This document shows, one piece after another, positions 1-10,671 of a stretch of 64,000 bases of DNA. The translations under genes and the position numbers were made by a program. Source of the stretch: Epithemia pelagica (Eukaryota > Protista > Bacillariophyta); NCBI GenBank assembly GCA_946965045.2, contig OX337240.1, forward strand, positions 496,001 to 560,000, written 5' to 3'. Under the pieces are notes generated by a model. The model was not told where the DNA came from and searched no databases. It saw nothing but the letters and a program-made list of their open reading frames with translations. Positions within the stretch are counted from its first letter, which is position 1; the number at the start of each line of letters is the position of its first letter.

Positions 1-296
1 ACTAGAGAAGTTGTTTCACAACTTTCTGTTTGTTGATACTATAAGCTCTAGGTTTAGGAACTACATTCGATTCCTCATTTGATTCCTCACGAGGAATCAA
101 TTCCTCATTTACTCATGGAGGTTAGTTTGGAACCATTGATGCCAATGGCTAGAGCTTGGTTACTATGCGACGGGCAATGCCTTCTCTGGTAGTAAGGCAT
201 TGCTCTTGGATACATAGTGGGGACACGATTCTATGTCTCACAGATTCGAATCGTGACTGCCATATCGCCTGTCCGTCACACTGATTAACCGCGACT
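1..296 (-). repeat. 3' LTR of element 1 (partial; would begin about 83 nt before the window)
   Basis: Matches 8692-8987 and diverges immediately after ...CGCGACT at 296, where the polypyrimidine tract starts. Confidence 0.9.
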
Positions 297-305
297 CTCC
301 CTCTT
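297..305 (-). promoter_or_regulatory. Polypurine tract of element 1 (AAGAGGGAG on minus strand)
   Basis: Purine run lies between the RNase H stop (338) and the 3' LTR edge. Confidence 0.7.
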
Positions 306-337
306 GACAAGGGCGATATCTTTTCAAACACAGTCAA

Positions 338-3300
338 TCACCAACCTTGATTCAGTTTCCGAATCTTCTCAAAAACATCACGGCAGAGTCCTTTGGTAAG
401 ATAGTCCGCTCGTTGCATCGTTGTTTCGATCTTGGAGATTCTAACTGTTGCATTCGTCCCTTTCACAGCTTCCCAGAACCAGTGGTATTTGTTGTTGTTG
501 TTATCTGGAACGGGACGAGAGGCGCTGGTTGTTGGCAAGAAGATACGCGCTGTTGTTGTCCTCATGGACTTCAGCAAAGATGGTTGGGGAGTCGGTGCCG
601 AGGTCAAGGTGATGGTTGATCTCAAACAAGATGTCTTGGAGCCACACAACAACACGCATGCTTTGCGAAAGCGCGACGTATTCGGCGTGGAAGGTACTGG
701 TGGCAATCTCACTTTGGAGCTGAGATTTCCAGACCAAAGGACAGCCGCCAAAATGGATGATGTATCCAGTGCGTGATTTGGCACTGATCGGTTCGTCCTC
801 GGATTCACGGCCATGGAGGCCCATGAAATCCGCATCCACATAGCAATCAACCTTGAAGGCGGTTGTTGGCCGAAAAATTGTCCCGCAATCTACAGTTCTC
901 CAGAGGTATCGGACAATCATTTTGATGGCTTGGGCATGGGATTGTTTCGGGTTGGTTGAAAAGCGAGCGACTTGAGAGACGGCAAAACTGATATCTGGCC
1001 GTGTGTTGGTGGAAAGGTAAAGGAGCATGCCGACGATGGAACGGTAGTTCCATTTTTCTTTCATCGGTGGTCCATCAGGGTCACTGCCAAGGCACACTTG
1101 GGAGGCTGGCACAAAGTTGCCATTGCAATTTGTCATGCCTGTGGCCTCAACGATCTTCTTAATGAGCCCTGGTTGGGTCATTGTAATTGTTCCATTTTTC
1201 CGAGTGAAATGGATGCCCAAGTACTCAGCAAAATCACTGTCCACGGAGAGCTCGAATCCTCGAGCCTTGAGTCGTTTCACAAATTCGTTGATTGCGTCCA
1301 TCGTCGGAGCGATAATACCACAATCATCCACCCAGAGAAACACCATCATGTTTTCCTTGAGGAAGACACATTCGTCGAATTTGCTCTGGGTGAAGCCGTC
1401 GTCGAGCAAGGCTTGTCGGAGACGTTGGTACCACAACCGAGGTGCGACCGAGAGTCCATAAAGGCTCTTGTGGAGTCGGAGACAGGTTTTGGTGGTCTTG
1501 GTGGAGGAGAAACCGCGCGGGATGTGGATCCAAACAGGATCTTTTAACTCGGCCTGGACGAAGGCATTGTTGAAATCGATGCAAACCATTGCCCATTTGC
1601 GAGCTAGGGCGAGTACCAGAGCAATACGGATCGAGGCCCAATTGACGACGGGTGAGTAGGTGTCGAAGTCGCCTTCTTGGAGATCCCCACGGACACAGTA
1701 TCTGGCCTTGTATTTCTTGATGGTTCCGTCTGGGTGGCGCTTGCGCTTGAAGACCCAGGTACCAGGGATGATTCTTGATGTTGCTTCTTCCTCTGGAACC
1801 TCACTCCATGTTCCCTTGCTAGTTAATTCTTCAATTTCTATTCTAGCCGCTTCTCTCCAATAGTCGATATCCTTGTCTTGTCTTGCTTGTTCGTAGGACA
1901 GAGTGTCTGGATCTGAAATGGCAACCTTGAATCCACTGATGTCATCGAATTCGGCTTGATTGGCGACATAGGATTGTTGGGCGGCGTCCATATTCTCGAT
2001 GAGACGACTTGGTGAACGACGGACACGGTTGGATCGTCGAGCAGATGGTGCGTCGGAAGGAGGATCGCTTGGTGGCTCCCTCTGAGAAGGCGGCTCCCTC
2101 TGAGAGGAGGGCTGTCTCGAGGAGAGAGACTCCCTCTGAGGAGAAGAGGGATTGGAGGCTGGTGCCACACGGAGAGGCGACAGTGGTGCTGGATTCTCCC
2201 TCTGTTCCGAGTGCACGGGGACAGGAGACGACGGGGAAGGCAAAACGAGCGGTTCCGAGAAGGAAACAGCAGGTTTTGGCGTTGGAGGTGTCGCCGCGCG
2301 CGGAGGGACATCGCGCACTGGCGTGTTCGGAGGTGGCACGGGAGGCGGAGAAGGGAGTGGGTCACTAGCTGACGGGGCAAGACGAGACGAAGCAGTCGTG
2401 GAGGGCTGGGTGGTGGGAGTGGCTGGGGGAGTTCTGGGGACAGAGACGGCTGGCGTGTCAACAGAAAGAGGGACAGACGGAACAGTTCGTTCCATAGACG
2501 TAAAAATATTGTCTTCAGAACGATGGTTGACAGCAGCAAGTGGTGCACTGGTGACAGCGTCGTCCACACAGTCATCGTTGTCGTACCCCGGTGAGTGCAG
2601 ATGATTGGTCATGTCGCCAAAGACACTGTCAAGTCTGGAGATGTCTTCTGTGTTGTTGTTGTCGGCTGGAGTCGGCACCGTTGCAAACCAATCGTCGAAG
2701 ACGACATGGTACTGCGGTGTGATGGCGCCCGTGGAAAGATTCAAGACGAGTGGTGCTGTGGTGGCATGGTTGGGAGAAAGTCCCATGTTCATCCCTCGTT
2801 GTGATCTTGGTTTCCATCTTGGCAGTTTCTTACCGTCTGCAATCCGTTTTTCCAGGACGTACACGGGTGCTCCCCAGACATGAAGATCGTGTAGCCGTTT
2901 TTGTGGCCATCTCGTTCTTGAAAAGATATCGTGGGGTGAGACGCCAGTGGACGGATTGGGAACGTGGTTGAAGACAAAGACGGCGTGGGAGACCGCCATG
3001 GGCCAGAGGGTGGGATCCGCTGTCTCAGGCCAGTGGATGCTGGCGTGGAGCATCATCGTCCGAGCCATCGACATGATGGTTTGGATGGCTCGTTCGGCGA
3101 CGCCATTCTGGTGATGGGCGCCTACTCCAGCGTAGGACCGAATCTGGGCAAAGGTTTCGAGTTGCCTGGTGTAGTCTTGTGCAGTGAAACAGCTGCCGTT
3201 GTCAGTGTGATATCGTTGGGGAACGACACCCACATCCTTGCAGCGTTGCTCGAAGGTAAGTTTGGCATGCAAAGTCTCGTGAGTGTTGAGATGCGCCTGA

Positions 3301-5963
3301 AAGACCACATCGATGTGGCCGCTGGCGTGATCAACAAAGATGCATCCTCCGCAAAGCATTTTCTCATCTTTAGTCTTTCCTTTCGACGTGAACAATCTGC
3401 CCTTCGTGGAGCAAATAAAGTGGTCCACCGACACACTTTGGCCCGGAAACAGGTCGTTGTTTTTGAGGGCACCGTCACGGTCGAGAACTTTGGTGACTGT
3501 TTGTCCTGGTGTTGACCGTTGTCGTTGCTTGCCGTATTGACAGGCGGCACACATGGGCGGACTCCGTAGTTTGCAGATGGCTGTGTGCAACTGACGGTTT
3601 GACGCAGAACGCGACAATACACCGGATTTAAAAAGGAATTGGATGGTCCGAAAGTTCATGTGGCAGAGTCGTTGGTGCCACCGAAGCCATTCCTTCTGTG
3701 GTTCGGTCAGGTTCAAGTTTCGTTCGTGGACGACGGTGATAGTGGTCACGAGTGCTCGGATGGATCGGTGGATTCCATCTTTTCCATAACCATAGCAGGT
3801 CGGAAGGTTGTTGGTTGGATTGATGGTTGCAAAGACCGGGGTCCGAGTGGTGTCGTCTTGTATCCCGCTGAGGGTCAATCCGCAGTCTTGAAGGGTGATG
3901 GTTTCTCCGGGGTATTGTTGGAGGAGATGTGTTGTGCTCAACAATCTACAATTGGCCGATGGGATGAACAAGGCCAAGAGTTTGAGGGTGCGGAGATTGC
4001 CTCTGGTGTCCATGACGGACCAGTGGACGGTGCCGAGTCCGTTGATTGGGACGCCTTGGGCAACACCTTTGAGTTGCAGGTCTGGTCGTACTTTTCGGAT
4101 CGATCCAACAAAATCGGACTTGGTGTTTGACACAGCAATACTCGCTCCAGAGTCCCAGATGATGGGGAAACTGGATGAGTTTTGGTTTTCCATTGCGGAT
4201 CTGAATTTGGCTGGAGCTTGGAGGGCCATTTTCAAGGCTTCACTTTCTCCAAGTTGGTTAATGAGGGCGCAAAGTTGAGGTTCGGAGATGGAGTCTTGAT
4301 GGGATGGTCCATGGGTGTGCTGCTGGTTGCCTCGTCGTTGGCGTCGTTGGTGTCGATTGGAACGGTTTGGATGGCGTGCCCTCTGTGGAGCACCATTGTT
4401 TGGTGGACTCTCTCCCTCTGGTGTGGAGCAGAGGTTGGGGAAGTGGTGGATCCACCATGTACGAAACGACGCAACAAACCATTCGGCCAGAGAAGAGCAT
4501 GCACGTGATGAAGCATGGTTCATCATTGGGTGTGCCCAAGGGTGCCGGCGAGGACGGAGATGGTGGTTGGAGCGGGGAAGGAGCCGATGTGTGAGGAGAA
4601 ATTCACCAATCCACGAGAGGGTCAAGGGGATACAGCAGCCATAGTACCACAGATGGTGGAGAAGGACGGTTGGTTGGAGCCATGAAAGGGAAGCCACGAT
4701 AAGAGCAGAAAACGAAACAATCAAACTGAATTGGGAGGCCAAGGGATCTTGGTGCCGATTCCGAGGATATCGTGGTCGGGAGACAGGGGGACGCCTCGAC
4801 GGTGCTGGTTTGTGTGGTTGGTGGGTTGGTTGAACACATGCTAAGTTGGCATGAGGTTCGAACTTAATTCGTTTGCTCGGGGGTGGATCTGGGATGCACG
4901 TGTTTTCGCACTGCATTTGGGTGGCCGTGTAGTGGGGATTGGTGGCCATTTCCCAAGCGAAGGTGTACTGGATGCTCAAAGGAGGATCGAGGGCTCCGAG
5001 CCTGGAGTTGGGGACGGATTCATCATGGCGGAGAGTCTCGAGATGGAAGCGGACACTTGTTCGGGCTTGCTCGAGTTGGTCTCGGAGAGGAGAGAGCTGG
5101 GAAAGGTCTTCTTCCTTGTTGATGGCCGTGTGCACGTGGATGAGTCGGGCGACGGCTCGTTCCATGCATTGGATGCGGACTGCTGGATCGTCGGTGTCGA
5201 AGGTACGACGGGGACGGGTCGTGTGAGACGGAGGTGAAGATGGCACAGCAGTTGGCTCGACCGGCGAGTAAAGACCAAGGGCATTCGTGCGAGGGGTGGT
5301 TGGCTCGGCTGGCGCTGCAACAGCTGTTCGCCACGCGTCAAGATGGCGGTTGAACGGAGTTGGAGGGCGGGCCAGTGGTGCACGTAGGGGGGTTTGGTCT
5401 TGGGGAGTACTGATGTTAGCAGAGTCGGTGGCCACACTAATACTACTTATAACAGATACAGTAGATGAATCCAAATTTTCGGCTGGTGTAGAACCAGTGG
5501 CTTCGTCGGTGTCAGAAGCCAAAAGATCGTAGGATGAGTCGTCGTCATTTGAAGGTGGATTCGAAGATTCGGTTGGTTCCCTACTGGTGTTGCTGGGAAC
5601 AGCAGCATCAGATGGGGCATCGGTGTTGTCCTGGGAGGTCGGTCCACCATTTGAGTCATCGTCTTGATCGGCATCGTGATTTGGATCGTGATCGTCGTCG
5701 GGAGGAGGATCCGGGGAGTCGTCATCGTCGACGGTGCCATCGTCCTCTTCATCGGCGGAAGTGTTGTCGTCGTCATCATCATCAGGATCATCAGCGGTAG
5801 TGGCATCGGCTGGGGCTTGAGGAAGGGAGATGATGAGGGCGGTTGGCGCTGGGACGGGAAGTGACGCTTCGGTGGTTGTGGTGGCAGCAGTTTCGTTGGC
5901 GGTGGTTGCCGTGGTGGTGCTGGCACCACTATTGACCGTGTACTCGTCGAAGAGGACGCGTCG
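338..5963 (-). pseudogene. pol: Copia Pol (protease, GAG-pre-integrase, integrase, RT, RNase H) with a frameshift in RNase H
   Basis: Frame is open from 5963 to the stop at 501-503. Motifs: IIWDSGAS (PR), WHQRLCH...CAAC, VSVDHF/HTDNG/QNGVAERAIQT (IN), KARYCVRGD, LYGLSVAPRLW, LWVDDC (RT), YVDAD and EDNNSA (RH). The RH tail KYHWFW...ADYLTKGL is in another frame (ORF 338-850) after a TAA-CAA-CAA run near 490-503. Confidence 0.9.
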
Positions 5964-8434
5964 TCATGGTGGTGATCATGATGGATGGCATCGTCGGGGT
6001 CGATCGGGGTGGTGTCCTCCCCAAGGAAAGGAAAGTTGATGTATTCCAAGGGGAGGCTACCATAGTCGAATTCAAGGGCCATGGCCGACGGATGGCCGAA
6101 AGGACGGCTGAAGGGGACGAAGGGACGGTTGGACGGCGCGGTGGGATGCGGCGTCGTTGGGATGTGGCGGAAGGCAGCTGCGAAGTTGGCTTCGCGTCGG
6201 TGGTCCGTTGAAGTGGGAGTGTTGTGCACTCGAGTGGGGACGGAAGTGATGGACGAGTAGTTGGTGGTGTTGGCTTGTCGGTCAAGACAAGGGGAACGGC
6301 CATGGGGAGCTGTGGACAAGGACAAGTTGGAGATGTCGATGTCCAGGGCGTCGATGTTGCCTGGAGTGGGAGGCAGAAGGATGCTGCGAGTGGAAGAGGC
6401 AACAGAGGTTTGGTCATGGTGTTCGTCGTCGTCGTTGTTGTTGTCGTCTTCCGCAAAGGGTTTGCCGTCTTCACTCGAATCATCAGCAAGGCCAAAATAA
6501 CAATCAACGGTGTCGGAGTGATCACCAAAACAATCAGCGACAGTGTCGGGTTCAATCCACAGGGGAGCATCGGCACTTGGAGAGGAGTTGGTGCTCGGTG
6601 GTTTGGAGGACGACGAAAGGGAGACGGCGTCATCGTCGTCTTCTTTGTCGGTGGGAGAAAACTCATCCCAGAAGGAGTCAGGGATGGAGTTGGAGGAGTT
6701 TTCGGCGTTTGCGGAAGGAGGAGATGTGTTCTCGTTTTCGGTTGCGTCTTGGTCGCTGCATTCGACGCAAACGAGCTCGTCCATGTCGATGACCGCAGCC
6801 CAGGCGGAGGGGTCAAAGTCGACGGCCAGGGTGTGGGCTTGGGCTTGGCGGTTGTTTCGATTGTTGTTGTTGTTGCGGCGCCTGTTGGGAACGGGGCCAT
6901 TGTGGGTGTCGGTGGTGTGGGTGGGCGTCCAACGTTCGCAGATACCACACCAGTTGTATCTTTTGCCATCGCTCTGTTTTTGGGTTGGTTGGTCACCGGT
7001 GGGTGCGATTTTCTTCCAGTTCGTGGATGAGGAGCTGTTGTTGCTGCGGTTGTTGTTGTTGCGAGCATTTCGTCCGCCTTGGTTGCCTCTTCCATCACGG
7101 CCACCACGGTTGGATCGTTGCTGGGAGTTGGATTGGGAGTTGGATCGACGGTTGGAGTTTTGCCCGGAGTTCTGCTTGGAGGAACGCTGGGGGCAATCTT
7201 TGGCCCAGTGATCTTGGGCGCCACAAATCAGACAGGCTCCTTTTGTGAAAGCACCACCCATGTGCTGCCGAAGGGCCATTGCTTGAACTTCAGTGAGTTT
7301 GCCGAAGACTTCGGGAGGAACCTTTGTATCTTTGTTGTTGCTCGACGGTGGCCAGGAGCCACGGTTGATTGCATCAGAGTACAAGGAGTCGGCCTTGTCG
7401 CAGATGTCTTTGAATGACAATTCGGCGGCTTCGAGATCGGCTTGTTGGTCCTGGTCCGATTTGTAACGGACTTCAAGAATCTTGGCTTGGATGAGCGGTT
7501 GGAGACTCAACAATCCAAGGTTGTAGAGGCTGTCTCCATTCGCAAGAGAGAACGCCTCTAAAATGCCAAGAGTCAAGGTTTGTTTGTAAAATCCGGAGGC
7601 AAACAAGTCTTCGCAATCTGCTTTCATGTCGGCCGCCATTTCCGTGATGTTTTGGCCGGCGTACATGAATGGGTTTCTGGAGGCGATCTTGGCGGCGAGT
7701 TTGTCATACTTGGTGACTGAATCAGACTGAAGAATGCTGATGAAAGTCATCCAGGTAAGGCAGAACGAGTCGTTGGAAGAGGTCTTGGTTTCAATTCGCT
7801 GGCGGAGCTTGAGGTCGACGGATTCCAGAAGGCACAGACGAGCGGCCGTGTCGTTTTCGGCGTCATATGTGTCAAACTGTTGGCAATGGGCCGCGGCGTT
7901 CTGTTGGACATGGCGCAGGGTGAAGCGAGTGTGCTCCTTCACAATATGGCGCATGCGGGTGTTGTCAGCGGGGTCAAGCATGTAGGCAATGGTGTCCATG
8001 CCGCGGAGAATGAGTGTCTCGTCGAGACGCTTCATGAACTTGTGGAGGTTGTCTCCTTGGCGGAAACGATTCGACAATCCACCACAGCGGGTTTCGAAAC
8101 CCGTGATGTCCTTGCCGAAACGACGTTGGTGAGGGGTGCGGGGAAAGGGGGTGGTTCCATTGAATGCGGCTGGATCCAGGCCTTTCCAATTCGCTAGGGG
8201 CTTGCCACCAGTCCAGGCAGCCCATTTATACTCATCGAGTTGGACTAAACCGCCCATTCGAGGGCTTGGAGGCTTGAACGGGACGCGTTCGGTTGGTGCA
8301 GGGGCTGGAGGAGCAGTGGGAGGCATGGTTCCTTGGGTGGAGGAGTCGTCGGCACTTGGCTCAGCGGATGGATCGCTGGTGGTTTCTTCTTCACTGTCCG
8401 AGAGGAATTGGATTTCCTCTTCGATGGGGAGCAA
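5447..8434 (-). CDS. gag: Copia Gag with CCHC zinc knuckle and long acidic/Pro-rich tail
   Basis: 995-aa ORF starting about 160 nt after the PBS. Contains CLICGAQDHWAKDC (CX2CX4HX4C) and a second WCGICERWTPTHTTDTH Cys/His motif. Confidence 0.85.
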   Translation of the reverse strand: MLPIEEEIQFLSDSEEETTSDPSAEPSADDSSTQGTMPPTAPPAPAPTERVPFKPPSPRMGGLVQLDEYKWAAWTGGKPLANWKGLDPAAFNGTTPFPRTPHQRRFGKDITGFETRCGGLSNRFRQGDNLHKFMKRLDETLILRGMDTIAYMLDPADNTRMRHIVKEHTRFTLRHVQQNAAAHCQQFDTYDAENDTAARLCLLESVDLKLRQRIETKTSSNDSFCLTWMTFISILQSDSVTKYDKLAAKIASRNPFMYAGQNITEMAADMKADCEDLFASGFYKQTLTLGILEAFSLANGDSLYNLGLLSLQPLIQAKILEVRYKSDQDQQADLEAAELSFKDICDKADSLYSDAINRGSWPPSSNNKDTKVPPEVFGKLTEVQAMALRQHMGGAFTKGACLICGAQDHWAKDCPQRSSKQNSGQNSNRRSNSQSNSQQRSNRGGRDGRGNQGGRNARNNNNRSNNSSSSTNWKKIAPTGDQPTQKQSDGKRYNWCGICERWTPTHTTDTHNGPVPNRRRNNNNNRNNRQAQAHTLAVDFDPSAWAAVIDMDELVCVECSDQDATENENTSPPSANAENSSNSIPDSFWDEFSPTDKEDDDDAVSLSSSSKPPSTNSSPSADAPLWIEPDTVADCFGDHSDTVDCYFGLADDSSEDGKPFAEDDNNNDDDEHHDQTSVASSTRSILLPPTPGNIDALDIDISNLSLSTAPHGRSPCLDRQANTTNYSSITSVPTRVHNTPTSTDHRREANFAAAFRHIPTTPHPTAPSNRPFVPFSRPFGHPSAMALEFDYGSLPLEYINFPFLGEDTTPIDPDDAIHHDHHHDDASSSTSTRSIVVPAPPRQPPPTKLLPPQPPKRHFPSQRQPPSSSPFLKPQPMPLPLMILMMMTTTTLPPMKRTMAPSTMTTPRILLPTTITIQITMPIKTMTQMVDRPPRTTPMPHLMLLFPATPVGNQPNLRIHLQMTTTHPTIFWLLTPTKPLVLHQPKIWIHLLYLL

Positions 8435-8595
8435 GGTGAAGCTTCCTAGGGAACGGGGAGAGTCGTCTTCACGTGGGGAGGACGACAGCTTGCAAGGGAG
8501 GGGGCGGCCGGAGGGGAGATTCAGGCGGCGAGAGGGTTCGAACGGATAAGCAAGAGCTTAGAGGCAGAAGATGCGTGAGCGGGTAAGGCAGTAAA

Positions 8596-8608
8596 GGGCG
8601 TTATAACC
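8596..8608 (-). promoter_or_regulatory. Primer-binding site of element 1 (GGTTATAACGCCC)
   Basis: Directly abuts the 5' LTR end and resembles the copia/Ty5-type GGTTATG(G/A)GCCC half-tRNA PBS. Cognate tRNA is not certain. Confidence 0.6.
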
Positions 8609-8987
8609 AGTCAAAGTACACAGGATACTCTGTAGTAGCTAGGGACAGTACCTATATTGGCGTGGAGGTGATCAAGTCTCCACGACAATACACTAGAGAA
8701 GTTGTTTCACAACTTTCTGTTTGTTGATACTATAAGCTCTAGGTTTAGGAACTACATTCGATTCCTCATTTGATTCCTCACGAGGAATCAATTCCTCATT
8801 TACTCATGGAGGTTAGTTTGGAACCATTGATGCCAATGGCTAGAGCTTGGTTACTATGCGACGGGCAATGCCTTCTCTGGTAGTAAGGCATTGCTCTTGG
8901 ATACATAGTGGGGACACGATTCTATGTCTCACAGATTCGAATCGTGACTGCCATATCGCCTGTCCGTCACGCTGATTAACCGCGACT
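8609..8987 (-). repeat. 5' LTR of element 1 (379 bp, termini AGTC...GACT)
   Basis: Outer end is fixed by divergence from the 1-296 copy. Inner end is inferred from the PBS and the 4-bp terminal inverted repeat. Confidence 0.75.
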
Positions 8988-9322
8988 GACCCTCCCAAGA
9001 AGAGCGACTCTTCCATCATCATCCAGGCGAGTGCGGACCACACCCTCTAATCACCATTCGTTCGGTCCACAACTATTGTCAGGGTTGGTCTTATCTTTCG
9101 TGAACATTCACAAAGTTCACAAAAGTTCACAATTTTGCACATGTGGCCTGACGTGGCCGTGAAAAATTCGTGAATTCACAAAATCGGATTTGAAACGCTT
9201 GTTCACTTGTCACAAAAAGTTCACACAGTGTCTATCATGTCTAGGTGTAGTCTTTTAGCCCCTACGCCTCTAGCCCCTCCGGAACCACCGGAACAACGAA
9301 TCCAACTGCGACATCATCCACC

Positions 9323-10651
9323 ATGGCGGAGCCTCCACAGCCAACCCCTACACCTCATGAAGATGGTCCATCCAAGAAAAAACCAAAGCGTGTGGAGAAG
9401 CCCATGCCTGACTTTTTGAATGCGTTGGATACATCAACTCTAAATGACTTCCAGTTGACCACAGAATTTAAGATGATTAAAAACCAGCTCGGAGAAGAGG
9501 AACTGGTCGAAGTTGCCTGTACTATCTCAAGAGACAACCAGACAGCCCACCTGGATAAGGACCTGTCAGTCCATCTATTGAGAAAGCTGGTGAGAAAGAT
9601 TGGTATAACAAGGGGAAATCTCAACAAGACAGAATTGCGATACCACTTACTACGAACGAAACAAGAAATTGGTACGATCAACCGTCGCCTTGAACAAGTG
9701 CCGTCAACTCACTGTCGCATTATCAATGTAATCTTTCATCGTGATCACATTGATGATTTCATGACAATTAATGATGCCAGGCCAAGGGCAGTACAAGAAA
9801 CAGGGAACGGATCACATTTCCAACGATTTTGGAAGACTGTTACGGATGAAGTGAATGGATCGGAGTGTACTCCTATCAAACACAAGGACATCCCAGAGAT
9901 AATGAAGGGCAAGGAACCCTCCCCACAGATGCTATTCCCGGCCGAGAAAGACCAAGAAGACGACGCCAGCGATGTAGAGGTCGAGGTTGCAGTTCAACAA
10001 GATCCGTACGGCAAACTTGAAAAACGAGAAGATGACGAAAAGAATGAAGTGTACAACGACCATGTGGAAGATGCCATTTCTTCCGGAGTCAATCCCTCCA
10101 TTAAAAATACGCTTTCTGTCACAGAAAAAGAAGTCGAATCGTTATTGAAAATATTGGTCAAAGTACGGAAGTTCATGGAAACCGCAATGAATGCAAGTGG
10201 CAGTCACGATAGTGACGCAATGCAGTACACAAAACAAGCGATCTCCAAGGCAGGCACTAGCCAAATTACAAAGTTCACGGCTTACTATTTTTATTCCAAA
10301 AGCGAAACAATCGCAAACTTTGGGGATACCTTCACTTCTGTCCTTCCATCTTTTTTGGCCGTGGACAGTATCCCAAGCTCTGCGAAATCAAACAAAAAGG
10401 GCCCATCACGAGCAACAACGCCAACATCCATTGGCACAACAAATTCAAACGACCATTTGGTTGAGGCTCTTGAAGGAGTGAAAGATGCCATGTTAGAAGA
10501 CAACAAGAAACGTGATGAACGAATGGAACGAGCGCACGCACTCAATGAGTTCCAGTCCTTGAGACAGATGGTCAAGGAAGAAGAGGACGAGGACATGAAG
10601 AATGGAATGAAAAAGAAGATTGCTGAACTTGCAAAGGTTCTAGGTTATTAG
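9323..10651 (+). CDS. Harbinger accessory ORF (putative DNA-binding partner of the transposase)
   Basis: Uninterrupted 442-aa ORF inside the TIRs, convergent with the transposase, with a basic NLS-like PSKKKPKR and a coiled-coil C-terminus. The two-ORF layout is typical of PIF/Harbinger. Confidence 0.75.
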   Translation: MAEPPQPTPTPHEDGPSKKKPKRVEKPMPDFLNALDTSTLNDFQLTTEFKMIKNQLGEEELVEVACTISRDNQTAHLDKDLSVHLLRKLVRKIGITRGNLNKTELRYHLLRTKQEIGTINRRLEQVPSTHCRIINVIFHRDHIDDFMTINDARPRAVQETGNGSHFQRFWKTVTDEVNGSECTPIKHKDIPEIMKGKEPSPQMLFPAEKDQEDDASDVEVEVAVQQDPYGKLEKREDDEKNEVYNDHVEDAISSGVNPSIKNTLSVTEKEVESLLKILVKVRKFMETAMNASGSHDSDAMQYTKQAISKAGTSQITKFTAYYFYSKSETIANFGDTFTSVLPSFLAVDSIPSSAKSNKKGPSRATTPTSIGTTNSNDHLVEALEGVKDAMLEDNKKRDERMERAHALNEFQSLRQMVKEEEDEDMKNGMKKKIAELAKVLGY

Positions 10652-10671
10652 ATTATGATTTGCTTATAGCT

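Larger units (their letters stand above)
1..8987 (-). mobile_element. Ty1/copia LTR retrotransposon (element 1, diatom CoDi-like); left end lies outside the window
   Basis: Direct repeat 1-296 = 8692-8987 (one mismatch seen, 280 a / 8971 g). Internal minus-strand gag (CCHC knuckle) is followed by PR-IN-RT-RH in copia order. PBS and PPT abut the repeats. Confidence 0.95.
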
